A DNA stretch of 64,000 nt, from contig CACHII010000001.1 of assembly GCA_902579825.1 (NCBI GenBank), positions 76,832 to 140,831 on the forward strand, read 5' to 3'. Source of the DNA: an uncultured SAR86 cluster bacterium (GTDB lineage Bacteria > Pseudomonadota > Gammaproteobacteria > Magnimaribacterales > D2472). Positions within the stretch are counted from its first letter, which is position 1, and every line of letters starts with the position of its first letter. Below the pieces are notes generated by a model that was given only the letters and a program-made list of their open reading frames with translations, ran no database searches and was not told the DNA's origin. Made by a program: the position numbers and the translations under genes. Below, piece after piece: positions 28,657 through 38,100 of the stretch.

Positions 28657-31512
28657 ATGAAAATTAAATTAATTGCTCTACTTTTTATAATATCTTTAAC
28701 TAACGTTCTTTATTCAGATGACTTGATGAATCCAACATCTTATTCAAAAGATCTATATCAAATTCCTATTCTAGATGGCACATATTTAGAAGATGTGACT
28801 CATCCAGACGTGTTTTTGGGGTTTGGTATTGGAGAAAGAGTTGCTGCTCCTTGGCAAATAACAAACGCTCTTAAAAAATGGTCAAAAGAATCAGATAGAA
28901 TAAAAATCATTGAATATGCAAGAACTCATGAAGATAGACCTCTTCATGCAGTATTTATATCATCTCCGAACAATATTAAAAATTTAGATGCAATAAAAGA
29001 GGATATTAGTAAATTAGCTGATGCCAGAAATACCTCTGACAGACAAGCAAAATCATTAATAGATGATATGCCTGCGGTTGCATGGATGGCGTATTCTATT
29101 CATGGAAATGAAACATCTGGAGCAGATGGAGCTTTAGCAGCTATATATCATCTTATTGCTAGTATTGACGAAGACGTTATAGATATGTTGGATAATATGG
29201 TAATTATCGTTGACCCTTTAATGAATCCTGATGGGCGTGCAAGGTTTGCTAAATCTCTTGAACAATATAGAGGTACTGCACCCAATTATGATGATCAATC
29301 ATTGCTTCACACAGGTGACTGGCCTTATGGAAGAACAAATCATTATTATTTTGATTTAAATAGAGACTGGTTCTATTTAACCCAACCTGAAACGAAAGGA
29401 AGAGTTAAATTAATTAATGAATGGAGGCCACAAATACTTGTAGATGGTCATGAAATGGGTCCACAAGATACATTTATGACTGGTCCTCCTAGAGAGCCTA
29501 TTAATAAAAATATAGATACTGATTTAATTAAATGGGGTAATGTATTTGCACAAGATCAAGGAAGTGCTTTTGATAAAAGAAATTGGCGTTTCTATACTGG
29601 TGAATGGCATGAAGACCTCTATCCTGGTTATTCATTTTACGTACAATTTAGAGGTACTCTTGGCATTTTATATGAACAATCTAGGATGGCAGAGGATGGT
29701 GTTAGAAGACCAGAAGGAACTATACAATCTTATAAAGAATCTGTTCACCACCAATATATAAGTACTTTGGTCAATCTTGAGTCATTACTTAGCAATTCAA
29801 AGGAAATGTATAAAGACTATTGGGATGGCAGAAAATACAATGTCTCAAAAGATAGCATATATGCTAATCAAACTTTTGTAGTTTTACCAACAGATAATAA
29901 TACTAGGTTAAATACTTTAGCTAAAAAATTAAGAGCTCAAGATATAGAGCTTTATAAAAATACTAAAGATATTAAAGTCGAAAATGCTACTCTACAATCT
30001 GGTGAAATTATTGAAAATTATTCAATTCCTGCTGGAAGTATGATTATTCCTAATAGACAACCAGAGGCTCCACTTATTGCTGCAATATTAGAATTTGATG
30101 CTGACATAAATACAGATGTTTTAGTTGAAGAAAGACAAAAAAGTTTAAAAAGTGGTTCTTCAATTATGTATGACACCACTGCCTTTAACTTTACTATGAT
30201 GTATGGCTTAGATGCAGTTACATTAGATGAAAATTTAGATTCAAATCTAGAAACTTGGGACCCATCACCAGTTACTAGTGAAATTACTAAAGATGCAGTT
30301 ATTTGGGCAACTAATGGAGAAGATGATAATTCTGTCGCTTTTGCTGCGCGTCTAATGGAACAAAATATAGAAGTAAGGATAATTGATAAGGAATCTACCC
30401 TATCCAATCATAAATTATCTAGAGGAAGTATTGCTGTTTTGCCAATGGATAATCCAAACGTTAATAATTTACAAAATTTAGTAAAACTAGTTTCAGAAGA
30501 GTTAAATGTATCTGTAGTTTCAATTGAATCTGGATTTGGCCTAGAAGAGCTCCCAGATTGGGGTGGCAGGCATTTTAGATTATTAGAAAAACCTCAAATA
30601 GCTATGTTAAGCCATGAAGGTTTTAACTCATATGATGTAGGAGTTAGTTGGTGGTCATTAGATCATCATTTAGGAATAAGACACAGTCTAATAAATGCAT
30701 CACTTGCAAGTTATGGAGATTTAAGAAGATATAACACTATTATTGTACCTAGTGGTCGAGCAATTGATGAATATACAATAGATACCCTTCTTGATTGGGT
30801 TTCGCAAGGTGGGACATTAATTGCACATAATAGAAGCACTAGATTTTTAACATCAGAATATGGAATTGGCAGTGTTAAACAGCTCCAAAATACATTTAAT
30901 GAAAGTGAGATGTATAATTTTGATCTATTGAGAGAATTATATTCCCAATATGAAGATGTTAATAAAGAGAAAACAAATAACAACATTATAGATTTTGATA
31001 TAACTTATCCTTGGGAAGAATTAGAAGGAACTTTATCTGAAAAAGAACTTAAATCTAGAGATAAATGGCAATCAATTTTTATGCCATCAGGATCAATAAT
31101 TGCAGGAAGGATTGATGATGAACATTGGTTAACATTTGGAACACCAAATACTATTCCTGTTTTATATAGCAACTACCCTATTCTTATGGCAAGAAGTTAT
31201 GTTGATGTACCTGTAAGAATAGGTCAAATAATTTCTAATAATGAAATTAAGGAACCAAGAGTTATAAATTGGTCTAGCTTGCCTGCAGGTAATGATCTTA
31301 ATGTAAGAATGAGTGGATTAGTCTGGCCGGAGGCGTCCCAAAGGATTGCTAACTCTGCTTATTTAACAAGAGAAAGAATTGGAGATGGTCAGGTTATATT
31401 GTTTTCAGGTGAACCAAATTTTAGAGGAGCAACGCTTGGAACTAATAGATTATGGTTAAATGCCATCGTTTATGGTGCAGGATTAGGAACTAGATCAAGA
31501 ATAAACCCTTAA
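28657..31512 (+). CDS. Secreted M14-family zinc carboxypeptidase with a large C-terminal extension
   Basis: 951 aa with a signal peptide. M14 motifs are SIHGNETSG (HxxE Zn ligands), DPLMNPDGR and VDGHEMG. About 550 aa follow downstream, possibly GATase1-like, which I cannot verify. Confidence 0.75.
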   Translation: MKIKLIALLFIISLTNVLYSDDLMNPTSYSKDLYQIPILDGTYLEDVTHPDVFLGFGIGERVAAPWQITNALKKWSKESDRIKIIEYARTHEDRPLHAVFISSPNNIKNLDAIKEDISKLADARNTSDRQAKSLIDDMPAVAWMAYSIHGNETSGADGALAAIYHLIASIDEDVIDMLDNMVIIVDPLMNPDGRARFAKSLEQYRGTAPNYDDQSLLHTGDWPYGRTNHYYFDLNRDWFYLTQPETKGRVKLINEWRPQILVDGHEMGPQDTFMTGPPREPINKNIDTDLIKWGNVFAQDQGSAFDKRNWRFYTGEWHEDLYPGYSFYVQFRGTLGILYEQSRMAEDGVRRPEGTIQSYKESVHHQYISTLVNLESLLSNSKEMYKDYWDGRKYNVSKDSIYANQTFVVLPTDNNTRLNTLAKKLRAQDIELYKNTKDIKVENATLQSGEIIENYSIPAGSMIIPNRQPEAPLIAAILEFDADINTDVLVEERQKSLKSGSSIMYDTTAFNFTMMYGLDAVTLDENLDSNLETWDPSPVTSEITKDAVIWATNGEDDNSVAFAARLMEQNIEVRIIDKESTLSNHKLSRGSIAVLPMDNPNVNNLQNLVKLVSEELNVSVVSIESGFGLEELPDWGGRHFRLLEKPQIAMLSHEGFNSYDVGVSWWSLDHHLGIRHSLINASLASYGDLRRYNTIIVPSGRAIDEYTIDTLLDWVSQGGTLIAHNRSTRFLTSEYGIGSVKQLQNTFNESEMYNFDLLRELYSQYEDVNKEKTNNNIIDFDITYPWEELEGTLSEKELKSRDKWQSIFMPSGSIIAGRIDDEHWLTFGTPNTIPVLYSNYPILMARSYVDVPVRIGQIISNNEIKEPRVINWSSLPAGNDLNVRMSGLVWPEASQRIANSAYLTRERIGDGQVILFSGEPNFRGATLGTNRLWLNAIVYGAGLGTRSRINP

Positions 31513-31523
31513 TTGTTTAATTC

Positions 31524-33026
31524 CTAATCATTCGTAATAAAATCAGTTACCTCTTTTAAAAATCTATCAAAAGATGGTTGATGATTATACATCATATGAC
31601 CTGCTTCGAATTCTGAAAAAACCACCCTACTCATATCAACTGTGTTGTCATACATAAAGTTTTCAGCCGTAAAACAAGGAGTTGCTAAATCATAGAGTCC
31701 ACATGAAACATAAACTTTAAAATCTTTATTATATCTTTGAGCTCTAGCAATATCTGGAACTGTATTTACATATCCAAAATCATTACCTTTCCATTCTTGA
31801 GGATGTTTCCAACTTGAATAAACATCATAGTCGCCACTTTGATATAACATTTTCATTTCAACACCGATTTCACTAAACCAAGTATGTATAGCTGAAACGT
31901 AAGCCGACATAAATCCTTCACTTGATACATCGGTATCAGGATATTGACCTCCTGCCATGTAGTCAGAATTTTTATATCTTGAGTCTAATCTACCTACTGA
32001 ATAACCTTCATCTCTTAATAATTCTTTCCTAAAACTTGAAGGATCAACCCTCATATTGAAATCTTCTACAAATCTTAGGCTTAAACCTGTAAATTCAGAA
32101 TATTCTTTCATAACAGAATTCTTTTCATCTTCTGATATCCTTGTTCCTTTTAATAAAGCTGGTCCATAGACCTCTAAACTAAACTTTTTTGAATCTTCAT
32201 AAAAATCTTGGAGTGATTTTTCTGTTTCAATTTTTCCATGATAATAAGCTGTTGCTGCATATGAAGGTAAGAATCCATAATGCGGACTATTGTTACCAGA
32301 ATGGAAAACTAAATACTGATAATCAGAAGCAGGTGCAACCATTAACAAGCCATTGACTTCAATTGGTGTAATAGAACCAGATCTTAATTCTGATACTAAT
32401 AAAGGACCCCTGATACCTCCATAACTCTCACCTAGAATATATCTTGGAGAATTCCAACGTTTATTATCATTAATCCATCTTCTAATGAATTCAGCAATAA
32501 TTTTAGGATCTTCACTTACACCCCAAAATTCTTCAGGCTCATGACATCCAATTGCCCTGCTATAACCAGTACCTATTGGATCAATAAAAACAAGATCTGC
32601 ATCGCTTAGTGGAGATAATTTATTATCTTCGATTTTATATGGAGCAGATCCATCATCTGATGCATCACTAGGAACCTTAATAACCTTTGGCCCTAAAACA
32701 CCCATATGAAGCCATAATGATGCTGAACCAGGGCCTCCATTAAAACTAAATATTACTGATCTATTTTCATCAGACTCAACTATATACTCTGTATAAAAAA
32801 ATGATGCCATTGGTTCGCTTGGATTGTCTTTTTCATAAATAATTTTTTCTTTTAAACTTGCAACATAATCAAGTCTTTTTCCATTAAAAACACCAGAAAA
32901 GTTGTTAGAGAAAGCTCTTTCTTTAGTTGGAACGTTTTTTATACTACAGTTTTTAGCAGCTTCAGTACTAAAAATATTTGTAGCTATAAAAGTTGTTGTT
33001 AAAAATAAAATAAATATAAGTTTCAT
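31524..33026 (-). CDS. Secreted S10-family serine carboxypeptidase
   Basis: 500 aa with a signal peptide. It has FNGGPGSAS, the catalytic Ser in LGESYGG, Asp in CGLYDLATP and His in EAGHMMYNHQP. Confidence 0.75.
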   Translation of the reverse strand: MKLIFILFLTTTFIATNIFSTEAAKNCSIKNVPTKERAFSNNFSGVFNGKRLDYVASLKEKIIYEKDNPSEPMASFFYTEYIVESDENRSVIFSFNGGPGSASLWLHMGVLGPKVIKVPSDASDDGSAPYKIEDNKLSPLSDADLVFIDPIGTGYSRAIGCHEPEEFWGVSEDPKIIAEFIRRWINDNKRWNSPRYILGESYGGIRGPLLVSELRSGSITPIEVNGLLMVAPASDYQYLVFHSGNNSPHYGFLPSYAATAYYHGKIETEKSLQDFYEDSKKFSLEVYGPALLKGTRISEDEKNSVMKEYSEFTGLSLRFVEDFNMRVDPSSFRKELLRDEGYSVGRLDSRYKNSDYMAGGQYPDTDVSSEGFMSAYVSAIHTWFSEIGVEMKMLYQSGDYDVYSSWKHPQEWKGNDFGYVNTVPDIARAQRYNKDFKVYVSCGLYDLATPCFTAENFMYDNTVDMSRVVFSEFEAGHMMYNHQPSFDRFLKEVTDFITND

Positions 33027-33089
33027 AGTATTGATTATATATAATAATATATTCTAATATCCTTTATTTTATAATTTATTTAGAAAATT

Positions 33090-34112
33090 ATGCTTTATAA
33101 CAATATACTTCATACGATTGGAAATACCCCTTCAATAAGACTCAAAAATATTTCCATAAATGATACAGAGCTTTACGTTAAGGCTGAGTATTTTAATCCT
33201 GCAAGTTCAGTTAAAGATAGGCTCGCAGTAAGTATTATTGAAAATGCTGAATCAAGGAACCAACTCAAAGAAGGTCAAACAGTTGTTGAGGCTACAAGCG
33301 GAAATACTGGGATTGGACTAGCAATGGTATGTGCTGCAAAAGGTTATCCTTTAGTAGTAACTATGCCTGATAGTGCATCAATTGAACGAAGAAAATTAAT
33401 GAGATTTTTAGGAGCAAAAGTACTTTTAACGCCTGCTGCAGAAGGAGGAACTGGAGCATACAAAAAAGCTAAACAGCTAGTAATAAAAAATGATTGGTTT
33501 TTTGCAAAACAATTTGAGAATGAAGATAACAGTATGGTGCATGAACAGACAACCGGTGAAGAGATAGTCAATGATTTTAAAGATATTGGATTAGATTATT
33601 GGATTTCTGGATATGGCACTGGAGGAACATTTACTGGTGTAAGTAGAGTCTTAAGAAAAAAAATGCCTAATACCAAATTAATTCTAACCGAACCAGACGT
33701 TGCACAGTTAATAGGCAGTAAACAAGAACAAATTAGAAATGATGATGGTTCTGCATCTCAATCTCATCCTGAGTGGAATCCACATCCTATACAAGGATGG
33801 ACTACGGATTTCATACCTCTTGTACTTCAAGAATCAATTGATAATAAATATTTTCACGAATTGATACCTGTTTCAGGAAATGATGGTATCTTTTGGGCTA
33901 ATGAATTAGCTAAAAAAGAAGGAATAATAACTGGAGTTTCAGGCGGGTCAACTTTTGCAATTGCTATTGAAGTAGCTAAAAAAGCTAAAAAAGGTTCAAA
34001 AATATTATGCATGCTTCCAGACACAGCTGAAAGATATATGTCTAGTATTTTATTTGACAGTATTGATTCAGAAATGAATGATGAAGAACAAAATATCTTA
34101 AATTCTGTTTAA
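33090..34112 (+). CDS. cysK: Cysteine synthase (O-acetylserine sulfhydrylase) family PLP enzyme
   Basis: 340 aa with the PLP Lys in NPASSVKDRLA, plus ATSGNTGIGLA, GTGGTFTG and GVSGGST. Confidence 0.8.
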   Translation: MLYNNILHTIGNTPSIRLKNISINDTELYVKAEYFNPASSVKDRLAVSIIENAESRNQLKEGQTVVEATSGNTGIGLAMVCAAKGYPLVVTMPDSASIERRKLMRFLGAKVLLTPAAEGGTGAYKKAKQLVIKNDWFFAKQFENEDNSMVHEQTTGEEIVNDFKDIGLDYWISGYGTGGTFTGVSRVLRKKMPNTKLILTEPDVAQLIGSKQEQIRNDDGSASQSHPEWNPHPIQGWTTDFIPLVLQESIDNKYFHELIPVSGNDGIFWANELAKKEGIITGVSGGSTFAIAIEVAKKAKKGSKILCMLPDTAERYMSSILFDSIDSEMNDEEQNILNSV

Positions 34113-34116
34113 TAAT

Positions 34117-34845
34117 TTATCTATTTATTATTTTTGCAGGAATTCCTGCTACCGTTACATTAGGCTCTACATTTTTTAAAACAAGGCTTCCAGCTGCAAT
34201 AGTAGAATTTTTACCAATTATTATATTTCCAAGGATAGTGCTTGATGCATAAATTGATACTCCTGACCTAATTTTTGGATGTCTATCTCCCTCGTCAAAG
34301 CCCCTTCCACCAAGAGTAACACCTTGAAATATAGAAACATTTTCATCAATTTCAGCTGTTTCACCTATTACAACACCTGTTGCATGATCTATCATCACTC
34401 CACCTTTAATTTTTGCTGCTGGATGAATATCTACTCCAAAAATTTCAGATGCTCTATTTTGTAAGAATAAAGCCATAGTATGCCTATCATTATTCCATAA
34501 ACAGTTCGCTGCTCTATAAGTAGCAAGACCTTGAAAGCCTTTATAGAATAAAATTGGTGTTGAAAAATATTTACATGCTGGATCATGATTCTTAAAGAAA
34601 ATTAAATCTTTTATAATAGCATCTTCAATACCATCACAATTTTCATATACATCTAAGATAAAATCATTTATGTCTGATGATTTCAAAGCATCACTATTTA
34701 ATTTTGAAGAAAGAATAGCAGCAATTGAACTTATTAATGATTTCTTTGATATGACCAGTGTTTCAAGATAAGGCTTCAATGATGGTTCTGCTTGAATTCT
34801 AAGCATAACCTCATCTTTAATTGTCTGCCAAATTTTATCTTTCAC
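34117..34845 (-). CDS. cysE: Serine O-acetyltransferase
   Basis: 242 aa with hexapeptide repeats (GVDIHPAAKIKGGVMIDHATGVVIGETAEI) and an N-terminal SATase helical domain. Confidence 0.88.
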   Translation of the reverse strand: MKDKIWQTIKDEVMLRIQAEPSLKPYLETLVISKKSLISSIAAILSSKLNSDALKSSDINDFILDVYENCDGIEDAIIKDLIFFKNHDPACKYFSTPILFYKGFQGLATYRAANCLWNNDRHTMALFLQNRASEIFGVDIHPAAKIKGGVMIDHATGVVIGETAEIDENVSIFQGVTLGGRGFDEGDRHPKIRSGVSIYASSTILGNIIIGKNSTIAAGSLVLKNVEPNVTVAGIPAKIINR

Positions 34846-34891
34846 AGATTATATTTTAAATGAATAAATATCAAATAAGTATAGGAAGAGA

Positions 34892-36292
34892 TTATTCAAC
34901 ATACAAACCAAAACCTTCTTGAAGTCGAATAATATCATTCATTGAAGATTTATTTTTTGCTTGATAATATTCTTTAGATTCTTTTGGAAATAGAATAAAG
35001 TTTAAAAGATGTGTATCTTGTCTTGATATATCTTTAATATTATTTTCTTTAAAAAAGTTTGAAAATTCAGTTCTATGTTCTTTTATTGATTTAAAATTAT
35101 TAACAGTATCATAATCATAGTTTTCAATTCTTTTTTTTAATTTCAAGGATATTTTTCCAGGTATTTTTCCATATCTACCCATTAGAAGATCTACAAATTC
35201 TTTATTTAAAGTTTTATATCTTTTTCCATCAAGTACATTCATTAAAGCTTGCGCACCTACTATTTGTGATGACGGTGTTACCAAAGGCACGTATCCTACA
35301 TCTGCTCTTATCTTAGGTATCTCTTTGATTAAATCTTTTAATTTATTCTGTTTTTTCAAATCTGATAATTGTTTCTCTAAGATGCTTAGCATGCCTCCAG
35401 GTACCTGATTAATTAACATGTTGATATCAGCACCTCTAAGAGATCCCTCATATTCACTATATTCAGATCTTATTGATTGAAAATATTTAGATATCTCGGA
35501 AAGAAGATTCATATTAAATGGATTTTCTTTATCATCATAAATCATAGATATTAAACTTTCTGTAGCAGTATGTGCGTATAAATTACTAAAAGATGATATA
35601 GAGGTGTCAAGATTATCAATACCTGCTTCATAAGCCTTAAAGTTTGTAGCATCTGCTAAACCAGTTGTTGAATGTGTATGAAGATGAATAGGAATATTTA
35701 AATTTTTTTTAAGTTTTTTCACTAATTCATAACATATCTTTGGCCTTAATAAACCAGCCATATCTTTAATAGCTATTGACTTAGCTCCAATGTCCTCGAT
35801 ATCTTTACCTAATTTTATCCAATATTTTTCATTATGGATTGGGCTAGTAGTGTAACAAATAGTGCCTTGTGAGTTTTTACCCTCATTATTAACAAATTCA
35901 ATTGAAGATTTAATATTATTAATATCGTTTAATGAATCGAAGATTCTAAAAATATGAATACCATTCTTTACCGAATTTTTTACAAACAACGATATTACTT
36001 CATCACTATATTCTTTATAACCAACAAGATTTTTTCCTCTTAAAAGCATTTGAAGCTGTGTTTTTTTAAAGTGTTTTTTAAAAATTTTTAATCTGGACCA
36101 TGGATTTTCATTTAAAAACCTTAAACAACAATCGTAAGTAGCCCCACCCCAAACCTCGACTGAAGAGAAGCCAACTTTATCCATTTTCGACAAAATAGGT
36201 ATCATATCTTCTGTTTTCATTCTTGTTGCAATTAAAGATTGTTGTCCATCTCTTAATACAACTTCAGTAATTTTTGGATATTTATGATTCAT
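34892..36292 (-). CDS. Carboxyltransferase (OadA / PycB / transcarboxylase-5S-like) lacking a biotinyl domain
   Basis: 466 aa. The HMGL-like TIM barrel start is VVLRDGQQSL, followed by metal ligands (HLHTHSTTG) and a PYC_OADA-type domain. The protein ends ...RLQEGFGLYVE with no AMKM biotinylation motif. Confidence 0.7.
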   Translation of the reverse strand: MNHKYPKITEVVLRDGQQSLIATRMKTEDMIPILSKMDKVGFSSVEVWGGATYDCCLRFLNENPWSRLKIFKKHFKKTQLQMLLRGKNLVGYKEYSDEVISLFVKNSVKNGIHIFRIFDSLNDINNIKSSIEFVNNEGKNSQGTICYTTSPIHNEKYWIKLGKDIEDIGAKSIAIKDMAGLLRPKICYELVKKLKKNLNIPIHLHTHSTTGLADATNFKAYEAGIDNLDTSISSFSNLYAHTATESLISMIYDDKENPFNMNLLSEISKYFQSIRSEYSEYEGSLRGADINMLINQVPGGMLSILEKQLSDLKKQNKLKDLIKEIPKIRADVGYVPLVTPSSQIVGAQALMNVLDGKRYKTLNKEFVDLLMGRYGKIPGKISLKLKKRIENYDYDTVNNFKSIKEHRTEFSNFFKENNIKDISRQDTHLLNFILFPKESKEYYQAKNKSSMNDIIRLQEGFGLYVE

Positions 36293-36353
36293 TAAAAAAT
36301 AAAATAATATATTATTTATAACTATTTAATTTATATTCTAAATGAATATATAC

Positions 36354-36383
36354 AAATAAAAAAACCCGCAATATAACGGGTTT
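36354..36383 (-). terminator. Rho-independent terminator downstream of the cupin gene
   Basis: The minus strand reads AAACCCG-ttatattg-CGGGTTT followed by TTTTATTT. The stem is at 36362-36368 and 36377-36383. Confidence 0.7.
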
Positions 36384-36398
36384 AGTATCTTAAGAAAA

Positions 36399-36827
36399 TT
36401 AATTTATAAAAACTGTATGGTCTTTACCGGATTCAGCAACTCTAATGACTAATATATCGGAGCAAACCTCTCCAAGATCTGGTGCATCAGATTCTCCACC
36501 ATGCACCCAGTCAGATTTTTCAAACCAATATTCACCATTTTCATAAGTCTTCCATTTACCAGATGATTTAGATTGAGATTTACCCTCTAAAACATAAACA
36601 AGTGTTCCAGCAGCTGGATGAAAATGTTTCTCTACAGTTCCTTGACTACAAGTTTTTCTTCTTTCAACGTGCATATCCATTCCATTGCCCATATTGAATA
36701 TTTCTGATGAAACTAAGCCTGGAAACGATTGCTCATTATGGTCATCCGAGTTTACAAATAATGATATATTTGTTAAGAGAGTAATAAGTAGAGTATATTT
36801 AATAATATATTTATTCATGTTATTCAC
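36399..36827 (-). CDS. Secreted cupin-domain protein
   Basis: 142 aa with a signal peptide. The cupin motifs are EKHFHPAAGTLVYVLEG and GEYWFEKSDWVHGG. Confidence 0.6.
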   Translation of the reverse strand: MNNMNKYIIKYTLLITLLTNISLFVNSDDHNEQSFPGLVSSEIFNMGNGMDMHVERRKTCSQGTVEKHFHPAAGTLVYVLEGKSQSKSSGKWKTYENGEYWFEKSDWVHGGESDAPDLGEVCSDILVIRVAESGKDHTVFIN

Positions 36828-37554
36828 CTGTATAATATTTAACCAAAGAAACTAGTTCAACATTTACGTTTTGTCTAATATCTTTTACATCCATTGAAAA
36901 ATCCATAAATTCATCAGATGAAAGCACGGTTTTTTGTGAGTTTAATAATTCATCGAGTGATTCGTTTCCTACATAAACCATATGTGAAACATATCTATTT
37001 CCAAAAAGTACCCTATTCATACCAAATGAACCTTTAACAGCATCTAACTGAGACGACATCATTTTTTTCCATGAATTTAAGTAATGACTTTCATGACCTT
37101 CTTCAACCTGAAAATTATATTTGGCAAAAACTGTATCATTAGTCCATTGACGAGCACTTACAACACTTTCAGATACCCAATTCCAAGATCTATCAGTATC
37201 AGTATTTTTTTGAAATGATTTAATCATTTGTCCAGATTCATTACATGTATTGAAGATTGCTCTTCCAAGTTGCATTTTTTCAGCATTTTCGTACACGACT
37301 AATATAAAGTGTGTAGATCCTGATCCTCTTAACGACCACAAGCTTACACCAACTCCTGATTCGTTTCGCCATTTTTCTGCACACTTAGATTTATCAAATT
37401 TATCTAAAGCCATCATAAAATTTTGAGGATCAGTAACTGTGAAGTAATTGAACTCATGTATCGTTCCATCACTTTCCATAGTTACTTCATCTGAAATAGT
37501 ATTCAAACTAAAACAAAATAATATAAATGAACTAAGTAATAATTGTTTAAACAT
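36820..37554 (-). CDS. Secreted protein of unknown function
   Basis: 244 aa with a signal peptide (MFKQLLLSSFILFCFSLNTISDE) and no motif I recognise. It overlaps the downstream cupin gene by 8 nt. Confidence 0.5.
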   Translation of the reverse strand: MFKQLLLSSFILFCFSLNTISDEVTMESDGTIHEFNYFTVTDPQNFMMALDKFDKSKCAEKWRNESGVGVSLWSLRGSGSTHFILVVYENAEKMQLGRAIFNTCNESGQMIKSFQKNTDTDRSWNWVSESVVSARQWTNDTVFAKYNFQVEEGHESHYLNSWKKMMSSQLDAVKGSFGMNRVLFGNRYVSHMVYVGNESLDELLNSQKTVLSSDEFMDFSMDVKDIRQNVNVELVSLVKYYTGE

Positions 37555-37601
37555 AAAAATTCTCCTCCTAGTAATAATAGTATCTTATTGATATTATTAA
37601 A

Positions 37602-37669
37602 ATATTTATAGATATATATAAATAATATACATATATTTATTAATATTATCTGAATTTATCTATAAATAT
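37602..37669. repeat. 13-bp inverted repeat ATATTTATAGATA / TATCTATAAATAT in a divergent intergenic region
   Basis: The arms are at 37602-37614 and 37657-37669, read directly, and are 42 nt apart. The background is AT-rich, so chance is possible. Confidence 0.2.
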
Positions 37670-37711
37670 ATATTATTATTTATTTTTCATATTAATTAAT
37701 AGGAGATAATT

Positions 37712-38092
37712 ATGACTGAATATCAAGTATTTAACATGATGTATGTTGGATTTATAAGTAATTCTATGTACTTTGTGGGTTGCGTGTTGTTGATATGGTT
37801 AGGCTTTAGAATGGCTAATAATATCTATAATTCACCTGATGCAAATATGGCATCTAAAATTTTTACATCTTTATTTTGCGTTCTTGTTGCAATGATGACT
37901 TACTATACCCAACAAATAGGGGGGGCTATTTTAGGCACAGCTGTAACATCATTAACTGATATTGGAGCAGAATCAGCTGGAAGAATGGCTGAATATGTTG
38001 ATCATCCTTTAACAATTGGTGGTACTGTTCAGACATTATTTGTAATTGTAGTTTTAGTATTTCAACTAGCAATTACTTGGAGCAAAAAATAA
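37712..38092 (+). CDS. Small membrane protein of unknown function (3-4 TM)
   Basis: 126 aa with hydrophobic segments. An AGGAG SD-like sequence lies 7 nt upstream of the ATG. Confidence 0.5.
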   Translation: MTEYQVFNMMYVGFISNSMYFVGCVLLIWLGFRMANNIYNSPDANMASKIFTSLFCVLVAMMTYYTQQIGGAILGTAVTSLTDIGAESAGRMAEYVDHPLTIGGTVQTLFVIVVLVFQLAITWSKK

Positions 38093-38100
38093 CTTTATTC

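Noticed and set aside
28610-28665. The 10-mer TATGAAAATT is duplicated: it forms an upstream ATG-AAA-ATT-TAA mini-ORF (28611-) and the real start of the M14 gene (28657-).
   Set aside because: A 10-nt A/T match is easily expected by chance in this composition. There is no supporting structure for a leader-peptide mechanism.
30018-30986. Minus-strand ORFs of 129 and 91 aa lie inside the M14 carboxypeptidase gene.
   Set aside because: They are antisense to a gene with clear M14 motifs and have no recognisable features.
33690-33790. There is an apparent insertion in the CysK-like protein before the H-x-IQG motif.
   Set aside because: Compared with E. coli CysK from memory, the loop is only about 7 residues longer. 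That is within normal family variation and not worth flagging.
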